Source: Fonticula alba ATCC 38817
Taxonomy: Eukaryota > Protista > Nucleariida
Strand: one strand, 5' to 3'
NCBI GenBank assembly: GCA_000388065.2
Contig: KB932213.1
Length of the DNA stretch: 55,131 bases
Each line of letters opens with the position of its first letter. The first letter of the stretch is position 1. Shown here one piece after another: positions 36,949 through 46,723 of this stretch. Below the pieces are notes generated by a model. That model did no database searches. It had not been told where the DNA came from and was given only the letters and a program-made list of their open reading frames with translations. The translations under genes and the position numbers were made by a program.

Positions 36949-37333
36949 GATCCGAGAGGTCGAGAGGGCAGGGGGCAGGCAGGCCCCCAGGGGGTTGTTC
37001 AAGCACACGAAGGCACAATGGGGGGCGCGAGAGAGGAGGGGGGGGGGGCGAGGCAGGNNNNNNNNNNNNNNNNNNNNNNNNNNNNNNNNNNNNNNNNNNN
37101 NNNNNNNNNNNNNNNNNNNNNNNNNNNNNNNNNNNNNNNNNNNNNNNNNNNNNNNNNNNNNNNNNNNNNNNNNNNNNNNNNNNNNNNNNNNNNNNNNNNN
37201 NNNNNNNNNNNNNNNNNNNNNNNNNNNNNNNNNNNNNNNNNNNNNNNNNNNNNNNNNNNNNNNNNNNNNNNNNNNNNNNNNNNNNNNNNNNNNNNNNNNN
37301 NNNNNNNNNNNNNNNNNNNNNNNNNNNNNNNNG

Positions 37334-39990
37334 CCGCCGGGCTCCGGTGCCCCCTCGGCGCCGGTCCACCCGCTGAGCCTCCTGTCGGATGAGGAGCTGA
37401 TCGACTTCCTGGACACCGAGCGCCCGGGGGAGTCGCCACTGCGCGACGGCCTCGGCACTGGGGATGCCCTTTCCCGGCCGACGAGCCCGGCGACCGCAGG
37501 GGCGCGCTCGATGTCGGAACGCGGGACGCCGGATCTCGGCCCCCTGTCGTCGGGGGCCGAGTCGCCGCCTGTGCCGGAGTTCCGCCTGAATCATCGGCGC
37601 GCGTCCGAGCCTTCGACCCTGTACCTGTCCCGGACGGGCGGCGGTCCGGCGCCAGGCGCCGGCCGGCGGGCCCCCGAAGCCCTGTCAAGCATGTATCTGC
37701 TGCCGGAGCGGCGGCTATCCATTTGGTGTGTGTTGTCTTTCTTCTTTTTTTTTTTTTTTTTTTTTTTTTTGCGGGTGCCATTTCCCTGTGCTGATGCGCC
37801 TTTCCCTCCCTTGCTGGTGGGTTCGCCATGTTCTTGTGTGTGCACGCGAGCGCAGCTTCGTGTCGGACTTCTACTTCCCAAACTTCGGCGGTGTCGAGTC
37901 GCATCAGTACCAGCTGGCGCAGTGTCTGATCGAGCGCGGCCACAAGGTGCGCGTCGGGTCACCTCGGCGGCCTGCTGTCTGGCCGCCTCACCGGCCCGGG
38001 CGCCCGGGGTTCCGTGCCCAAGCAAACATGTCTCGCCCCCTGCTGCGTGCGCTCACTCACCAGCCTGCATGGCCTTGTCTGCTCTCGGCCCCCCTCGCTC
38101 TTGCCCTCGCGCCCTTTGAAAGGTGGTCCTCATCACGCATGCCTACGGCGACCGGGTGGGCGTCCGATACATGTCCAGCGGCATGAAGGTGTATTACATT
38201 CCGGTCATTGTCATGACGAGCGCCGCGTCGCTGCCGTCGATTTTCGGCTTCTTCTCCATCTTCCGGGACATCGCCATCCGCGAGCAAATCGATGTGGTAC
38301 ACGGCCACCAGGTGCGCGGGCGCGCGTGCGCACATCCAGCATCCCGGCCCGCTTGTGGCCCGGCCGCGGTACTGATCCCCGGCACCGCCTCCCGCCTCCC
38401 GCCTCCCTCGCCGGCCGTTTGGCTCGGATGTGCAGGCCTTTTCGTCGCTGTGCCAGGAGTCGATGTTGCACGCGCGGACGATGGGCATACGCACGTGCTT
38501 CACGGACCACTCGCTCTTCGGCTTTGCGGATCTGTCCTCGATCCTGACCAACAAGGTCCTCAAGTGGACCCTGTCGGATGTGGACCACTCGGTGTGTGTG
38601 TCGCATACGAGTCGCGAAAATACGGTCCTGCGTGCGGCCCTGGACCCGGGGTCCATCAGCGTCATTCCGAATGCCATCACCTCGATCGACTTCAAGCCAC
38701 ATCCGGAAGGCCGGCCTTCGGAGCGTCCGACCAGGCCGGGCGCCGCCACCGACCGGCGCATCACCGTGGTGGTCCTCAGCCGGCTGGTGTATCGCAAGGG
38801 TGTGGACCCGCTGTTGACGGTGATCCCGCGCATTTGCGCGGCCTTCCCGGAGGTGGACTTCCTGATTGGTGCGTTTTCCACCTCTTCCCCGCTCCTCCCC
38901 GCCCCCCCAGGCGAGGGGGAGGGCAGGACGGATGGCCCGCCCGCTCGCCGGGATCTATCCGGAGCCAGCTGGGACTGACTGTGTGCTTGCCCCTCTCCCT
39001 GCTGCGGTTGCTGCAGGCGGCGATGGCCCAAAGCGCGTGCCGCTGGAGCAGATGCGCGAGCAGTATCGTCTGCACCAGCGCGTGGAGCTGATCGGGGCGG
39101 TGGCGCATCGCGACGTGCGCGATGTCCTCATTCGGGGGGACATCTTCCTGAACACCAGCCTGACCGAGGCCTTTTGCATTGCCATTGTGGAGGCGGCCTC
39201 CTGCGGGTACTTTTTCCCTCTCCCCTCTTCCTCCCTACCTGCCGCCTTCCGCGTGTCGGTGTGTCGGCTTCCACTCATCGAGGGGTGGTATTAACTCTGG
39301 TGTGCCACATGGATCGGGTCATTGTGCTCAGCCTGTCGGTGGTGAGCACGCGCGTGGGCGGCGTGCCCGAGGTCCTCCCCCGGGGCATGATCCAATTTGC
39401 GAATCCCGAGGTGGAGGGTGCGTTTGTCTATGTCTTTCTTTCTGCCTCCTCCCTTATGCTTCCCCTCGTTGGGACTATTATGCCTGCCGGAGGGGGTGGC
39501 CACACACACGCGTGCACACGCGCACACGCGTGCACACGCTCACATGCAGGCATATACACACACACACACACACTGACCGCGACCCCGGGACTGGGTGGTT
39601 GTCTTGCTGGCAGACCTGATCGCGGCCCTGTCGAATGGGATCCGCGAGCTCCCGCGTTTCCCCCCGGCGTGGGAGCTACACCGGGCCGTGCGGGCGATGT
39701 ACAGCTGGCGCGATGTGGCGCATCGCGTGGAGCAGGTGTACTTCCGGGTGTTGGACCGGCCGCATCTGTCATTGCTGACGCGGGCCCGGCGGCATGCCAG
39801 CTGTGGAGCGATCGCCGGGCTGATGGCCGTGGCGATTGTCCTGCTGGATCACCTGTTGCTGGCGTTCCTGGACTGGGCCCAGCCGGCGGAGGCCATCGAC
39901 CAGGCGCCGTACTTCGACCCGCGCACTTACGACGCCCTGCTGGGCCGCCTGGCGGAGGCGACCGACGAAGGGGCTGCGCGAGCACAGTGA
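37334..39990 (+). CDS. PIGA: GPI-GlcNAc transferase catalytic subunit PIG-A/GPI3; 7 exons, start uncertain
   Basis: Exons <37334-37725, 37856-37946, 38123-38311, 38436-38868, 39017-39206, 39332-39417, 39614-39990. [50 protein letters not shown]4 EX7E motif [24 protein letters not shown]-terminal TM segment. In-frame ATGs at 37511 and 37691. Confidence 0.95.
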
Positions 39991-40153
39991 ATAGGTGGCT
40001 TTCGTTCCTTTCTTTTTTTGTATTGTTGTCGTGTGGCTGTGCGCATGTGGGCCTCTCGAGCCGAGGAAGGGGCCACGGCGCGCGGGGGGTGCCATCGCGG
40101 CAGGGGGGGGGGGGGGGGGGGGGGGGGGGGGGCGGCGTCGGCGCGCGGTGGTG

Positions 40154-41661
40154 TCAGGACCCCGGGCACCAGGGCGAGGCGCGCTGCTTGGCCAGGGTGT
40201 CGGCGACCAGGGGCCGGTCCCAGGCGGCCGGGTCGCGCCAAAGGAGGATGTCCTCGGCGACCAGGAGTTCCGGGCCGTCGGGGCGCTGGCCGCCCGCGCG
40301 GAAGTGCTCCCGGCGGTGTTCCACCTTGTCAAGGTCGTAGCTGGGCGGCCGAGCGGAGGCCGGCATGGTGGATGGCATGCATGGAGGAGGGTGAGTCGCG
40401 TGCGAGGGGGCCCGGCAGGGCCGGGCCGTGGGGCGGCCGGCGGGACAGCGCACATGTAGTTGGCCATGATGGTGCCGAAGCCGGCGATGCCCATGGGGGT
40501 GGTCTGGGCACGCCAGTGGATGGCCCCCAGGCGGGCTCCGTTGCCCAGGTGGAAGCGGGCCACCGAGTCCACCGGGCCGCCGCCGCCGCCGCCGCCGCCG
40601 CCGCGGGCACGCCTGCTGGTTACATAGTGCGACATGAGGAACTGTTGTGATGGGCCGGGATGGCGCTGGGGTCAGGGACGGGGGGATGGTGCCGGGCAAT
40701 GGGCAGCCGAGCGGGTGACGAACCATGAGCGCCGCGCCGATGGCCTGCTCCTCCTCGGGGTCGACAAAGAGGGCGGCGGGGGCGGCGGCACTGCGCTCCT
40801 GGAGGAAGCGCGCCAGGGCGTGCAACATCGAGGGGGTCCCCTCGGCTGTGAGGGCGGCGATGCGCGGCGAGTGCCGGACCAGCCGATCGGCCAGGGCCGG
40901 CGGCAGGCCTGCAGCACGGGCGGCAGTCAGTAGATGGGGTGCGCCGAGGGGCGGGTCCCCGCCCCGGCCCGGGGAAAGGGGCAGAAAGAGGGGCACAAGG
41001 AGGGGCAGAGGGAGCAGAAGCTTCGACACGCACCGCCGGGCAGCGGAGACTCCGGACTGGAAAGCCACCGGCCGAAGCCCGGGATCGGGGAGAGGGTCCC
41101 CCAGAAGCGAATGCGCCCGGCGCTCTCGGCGGTCAGGGCGCCGAGGGCCTCGTCCAGGACGCGCGCCCCGAGGGCCAGGCCGCCCTGCGGGGCGTTGAGC
41201 GAGTAGAAGACCGCCGTGTCGCACGATGGATCCACCTGGGTCGGGTGTTGGAGGGCGGTGGCCACGGCGCCCGGGGCCAGGGGGACGTCCGTCAGGAAGT
41301 GGACATTGTTCGGCATGGCGCCGGCGGCCGGGGCGAGGGCCGCCTGGATGAAGGCCGGCGGGGCCGGAGCGTAGGGGGCCTGCGCGAGGAAGTCCCGCAC
41401 GGCGGCCGACGCGCCCGGGGCCGGGGTCAGGGCATACACCCGGCGCCGGTCGCCGGCGGCCCGGACGTCCGCCTGGTCCGGGGTTTCCGGCGCGCCGAGG
41501 GCCACATCCACCGCCAGCGCAGCGCGCAGGACCGCCGTCCCGGGCAGCAATCGCCGGAGAGTCAGCGAGTCAGCGAGCTCCGGCGGCAGGGGGCTGGCCG
41601 CGGAGGTGAGCGAGCGGGCCGGGACCGGGGCCCGGCAGAGCGCGCGAGAGGCTGCAAGCAT
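40154..41661 (-). CDS. MLYCD: Malonyl-CoA decarboxylase-like protein (catalytic domain, divergent), about 395 aa; 4 exons
   Basis: Exons 41661-41034, 40908-40724, 40641-40454, 40340-40154 (1188 nt). Presequence-like MLAASRALCRAPVPARSLTSAA; motifs DTAVFYSL, GTLSPIPGFGRWL, DSVARFHLGNGARL, IMANYIYDL. Confidence 0.8.
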
Positions 41662-42029
41662 GGTTGGCGCGGGCTGCGTGTGTGATAGTGCGGGAGAGTG
41701 GGGGGGGGGGGGGGGGGGGCAGTGCGCGATCTGTCATGCAGGAAGACTGGCAGGCTGGGGGCGGCTTTTTATTTTTCATATTCATCGGCCGGCACTCGCC
41801 CCCGGGGGGCGGGGGGATGGAATGGCGCCCGTGCGCGCCGGGCGTTTTTGGCGTCCCTCCCCGGCCCCCCGGCCCTCCCCCCGGCCTGCGGCGCGGTGTC
41901 CCTCTGCGCCGCCCTCTTGCGCCCCCCCCACACCCGCGCGCCAGGGGACTCGCTTTATTCCGGGGTCCCGTCTCGCGCGTCAGGGAGCCGGGGGCGCCGA
42001 TCGGGCGGGCGCGGAAAACAAAAGAAACG

Positions 42030-42101
42030 TGCTCATTGGGTGGATCGAACACCCGACCTCCAGTTTACTAGACTGGCGCTCTACCACTGAGCTAAACGAG
42101 C
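42030..42101 (-). tRNA. tRNA-Thr(AGT)
   Basis: GCTCGTT/AATGAGC acceptor, CCAGT-CT-AGT-AA-ACTGG anticodon arm, GTTCGATCC B-box, T-rich terminator. Confidence 0.96.
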
Positions 42102-42193
42102 GGTATAGGATAGGCGAAAGCCGAGCTGATCATATGAATGCTGTCATGGGGCACCGCGGCGGGTGGTGCCGGGGCGCGGGAAAAAGAAAGGTC

Positions 42194-42267
42194 TGTCCGA
42201 ACCAGGACTCGAACCTGGGACATTCTGTGTGTTAGACAGATATGATAACCATCTACATCATTCGGAC
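42194..42267 (-). tRNA. tRNA-Val(AAC)
   Basis: GTCCGAA/TTCGGAC acceptor, TCTGT-CT-AAC-AC-ACAGA anticodon arm, GGTTCGAGTCC, T5 terminator. Confidence 0.95.
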
Positions 42268-42347
42268 TGAGGGACACCCGGCCACATTGGCCTTATGTGG
42301 GAACAGCTGCCCGCGGCCGGGGGCTGGGTGGCCAAAAAAAGAAGGCA

Positions 42348-42420
42348 AGCCCACTGTGGGGCTCGAACCCACGACCCTGGGATTAAGAGTCCCATGCTCT
42401 ACCAACTGAGCTAAACAGGC
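42348..42420 (-). tRNA. tRNA-Lys(CTT)
   Basis: TGGGA-CT-CTT-AA-TCCCA anticodon arm, TAGCTCAGTTGG A-box, GGTTCGAGCC B-box, T7 terminator. Confidence 0.95.
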
Positions 42421-42604
42421 TTGTGACAAGAGACACCGGGAAATGCCTGAAATACCTGCCCCGGGCTGGGATTGCCGCCGAGTTTGGTCTTGCCGCACGT
42501 CGGGGCAGGGCGGTGGAGGGGAGGGGGAAAAGCGAAGAGAAGGGAGGACGGAAAGCAACGGCGAAGCATGCGCCATCATGCATGAGGCGCTGTGCAGAGT
42601 GGGC

Positions 42605-42763
42605 AGACACACGCACACAGGCACACAGGCACGTGGGCGCGCAGGCACAAAGGCACATGCACACATGCACACAGGCACACAGGCACATGCACACATGCAC
42701 ACATGCACACAGGCACATGCACACATGCACACAGGCACATGCACACACATACACACACACACA

Positions 42764-42793
<30 letters not shown>
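42605..42793 (+). repeat. Compound CA-based repeat (GCACACAT/GCACACAG/GCACAT units grading into (CA)n)
   Basis: Read directly. Lies between the tRNA-Lys 5' flank and the 3' end of the ARM-SPRY gene. Confidence 0.9.
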
Positions 42794-42794
<1 letters not shown>

Positions 42795-43034
42795 TTGGTG
42801 GTGGCAGGGAGACAAAGGTATATGTACAGGTCGATGGACACATGCATGTGTGTGCGTGGAAAGGAGGCACGGCTGCCCCGGGGGCGGGGCATGCCCATGC
42901 GGTCGCCGAGCAGACCAGCCAAAGCCCGGTCCAGGCAGGGGCGAGTGGTAGCAGAGGGAGCAGAAGGGCGACCAGCGCTCTTTGGCCCTTCCCCCGCCCC
43001 GGGGGGGGCAGGGGGAGAGGGCGATGTGCCCATG

Positions 43035-46000
43035 CTAGCCGGCGAACGCGCGCACATCCTCGACATTGTGTGCCACGATCATCGGGACGAAGAAAACCTG
43101 TGCGGCCGGGGGCGCAGACGGATGGGGGGTTAGGGAGGCGAAAAGGGAGCCACACATGAACACCGGGTGAGCGGGAGAGGGCCGAGAGACCGCGCCGGCG
43201 GCGCGGCGCGGTGCAGGGCGCGTACCTCATCGACGGCATCATGCAGGCGATACACGACGCCGATGTGGTGGTCGTTCACGGTGAAGGACAGGGATCGGGT
43301 GCGGAGGTCGACGCGCGCGCGCACCTCCACCTCCATGTGGGCCTGGTGCTGGATGGGGAACATGCGCAGGCCCGAGGACCCGCCCACACGGCCGACCAGC
43401 TCGCCGGCATCGGAGTATGCCTCCTGCGGGCGATCGGCCAAATGCGGGTCGGCAATGAATGTCCTCCCGACGAGGATGAACCCGGCGGCCGGGTCGGCGG
43501 CGGTCTTGTCCGCCGGCCGGCGACCGGCCGAGGGCTGGGTGGCTGCCGCCGGCGGGGGCGCGTCCTGGTGGGGACCGGCGGGCCGCTCGAAGGACAGGCT
43601 GCGCGCCGGGGAGCCGCGGGTGGCGGCCGCCTGGGCCGCGGTCATGCCCACGGGCCAGATGTCCGACGGGCCGGGCCCCGGGAGATCGGGCGAGGCCGCC
43701 TCGGCGGGGTGGCCTGGCTCGGCCGGGCTGTCGGCCGAGGGGCCGCGCACATGCCAGCCCTGTTCGCGCGCCACGCGCTCGTACATGCGCTGCTCGAATT
43801 CCTCATCGGAGGATTGGGAATCGTCGGTGCCCGGGTCGCCGACCAGGGCCTCGAAAAGGGCCTCGAAGGGGCCCTCGCCCCACCGGACCGCGTCGGTTTC
43901 CCCGGTCTCGCCGAGGTCGCCCTCCGAGTCGGAGTCGCTGTCGGAGTCGGAGTCGCTGGCGTCGGCGGCCGGGTGCGGCGGCGCCGGGGCCGGCAGGCCG
44001 GGATCCGCGGGCCCGGTGACCGACACCCGCAAAGCGGCCACCGAGGGCGGCTTGGCCGCCGCCATCAGCGTCCAATCCAACGGGATGGACGTGGGGTGCA
44101 GGAGCTGCAGCAGGGCCGGGTCCACTTGGGGGGCCTGCTCGCTGGCCAGGAGCCAGCCGATGGTGAGCTCGCTGCCCCGGCGCAGGCGCAGGCGCACGGA
44201 AAATTGCAGGTCCGCCGACCGGGGGGGCGGCTGCCGGGGCGCGCCCCGAGGCCCGCCATAGGCCAGAATGCCCCGCGCAGTGGGATGGTCCATCGGCCGG
44301 GGGTGCGGCAGCCGGACCGCCGGGGCCGTGTAGCCCGAGTGGAAGCCGGCCTGGCCGAGGAAGATGACCGGCTGCCCGGGGGCCGGCGTCAGGGGGAAGG
44401 TGTCGGCCCGGCAGGTGTGCAGGCCGCCCTGCAGCAGATACCCGGCCAGCGGGGCCCGACACCGGACAAGCGGCCCGGCGGGGCCCAGTCGCGCTGGCAG
44501 GGCCGCCGGGAAGAGGGCATCCCCGGGGGCCGGAGCCGGGGGGGCCGGGGGAGCCGGAGGCTTAGGCCGCCCGGCGAGCCCCCCCACCCCGGCGGCCGAG
44601 CATGGGGCCCGCGGCCAGGTCCCGCGCAGCAGCGACGCCGGCGGGGCCGGCGGGGCCGGGAGGGGCCGGGCCTCGGCAAACCAGGCCCCCGGGCCGGGCG
44701 GCTCGGCCAGCACGCGGCCGAGATCGCGCACGAAGCGCCGCAGGAGTCTCCGCGGCAGGTGCACCGGGCCGCCGGCGGCCAGCGGCAGCAGGAGGACCTC
44801 GCTGCCGGCGAAGCGACCGGCCGGCTGGGTGATCTCCGGGGCGACGGACAGACGGCCACCGAGCAGGACGTTCGGCGTGCGCAGCTGCTCCCGAGTCGAC
44901 GGATCAATGAGGCCTGGGGGGTGGGCGGGCGGCGGGGGGAGGGGGGGGGTGATGAGCGCGGGGCCAGGGGGGCGGGGCGGGGACGAGCGGCGGCATGAGG
45001 ATCGGGGCGCAGGGGGCCCCGGCGCCAAGGCGCACGAACCATTCATATGCAAGGACTTCAGGAGGCCGAGGATGTGAGCCAGGGTCTGGCGATAGAGGGA
45101 CGCCGTGGGGATGGGGGCCTCGGACACGGCGAGCACCCAGGACCAGATCCCCAGCAGGGCCGGAGCCAAGTCGGAGCCGAGAGCCGTGACCAGGCCCGGG
45201 GGGAGGGCTGAGAGGCGAGGCCGCGAGGCAGGCGAGGGGAGGGGGGGGGAGGGGGGAGAGGGGGACAGGGGCATGGGTGAGCAGGCGGCCATGCAGCGAG
45301 CGAGCACAGCCCCGGGGGCAGCGGCGAGGACGCACGGCCGGATCGAGAGCAGTGCTGCAAAAGGGCGTCCATGGTGCCGGTCAGGTGGCAGAAGAGGAGG
45401 AAGAAGTCCGCGAAGGGAGCCTTGCACGAGTCGGGGACAAGCTCGGCTGGGGGGGGGGGGGGGGCAGGTGCGGGCGCGGAAAAGGGGACGGGCAATGCGA
45501 AGGGGCGTGTGAGCATCGATGCGGGACGACCGGGCATGCTGCGGAGGAGGGCGAGGGGAGCCGTGGATGTGTGCCGGCGCGCACCGAAGCCGAAGATGTC
45601 GCGCAAGATCCCGGCCCAGTGGGTGAAGTGCGCGGCGAGGGTGAAGATGGCCGGCTCGTCCATCGGGCAGCAGTCCTCCTCCGGGGTAAGGGGGCAAATG
45701 TCGATCGAGGTGAACCGGTGATGGAGCCACTTACAGAGGATGGTCGCGCGGAAGGCAATGAGCGGGTCGAGGGCGGGCAGGTGGCCGGGGGCGGGCTGCC
45801 CCCGGGGGCCACCGGCCGCGGGGGACGGCGGCGGCGGCGGCGGCAGGGCGGCCAGGGCCCGGGCAAAGTGCAGTGCCAGGGAGGTGGCGGTGATGTGCGC
45901 GGCGCAATTGACGAAGTGCGCGTCGGAGCCGACTACCAGGGCAGGGGGGGGGGGGCGAGTCAGGCTCGGGGATCGGGAACCCGGAGGGAAAAAAAGGGGC

Positions 46001-46671
46001 GAGAGGGCGCAGGCCGGCGGCCGGGGTGGGGGGCATTCGTGCGCACAGGCAAATGTCTCGAAGGCGAAGAAGAGATTGGCCAGCGTGCGGTTGTCGGCCT
46101 GCGCGGCGAGGCCCTCCAGCACCGGGGGGTATTCCAGCAGGAAGGGCCGGGCTGGCCGGGGGAGGGCCAGCCGGCGGGAGGGGTCGACGATGCCGGGCCA
46201 GTCGGCCGGGGGCAGGGGGTCGCCATCGTCCTCGACACAGCCGACGTCGATGTGCTCGAGCGTGCTTGGGGTCATGTCGACCGCGGCGCCGACCCTCAGA
46301 GCGATGCCGGTGCTGTGCCAGACCAGGCGCTCGGAGTCGCTGCCAAAGATGGCCGACAGGACGAAGGCATAGTACGGGTGGGCGGGGTTGAGCTGCGGGG
46401 AGAGGTGATCTGTGTGGCGGGGGCGGGGGGGGGGGGCAGGGGCGGGGGATATGCGCAAAGGGAGGATGCCCGAGGCACGCACGAAGGGCGTTGGGGAGGG
46501 CGATCAGCCGGGCGATGTCGGCCGCGCGGCGGATGTGCCGGAAGACAAGCTTGGTGGCAAAGAGCCGGTAGAAGGGATCGACCTCGGGGCTTTCGGCGGG
46601 GTTGAAGGGGGTGCTGATGTCTGTGCGAGGGTGAGCGGCCGGCCGGGGACGAAGGGCAGGAGCAGGAACAG

Positions 46672-46723
<52 letters not shown>

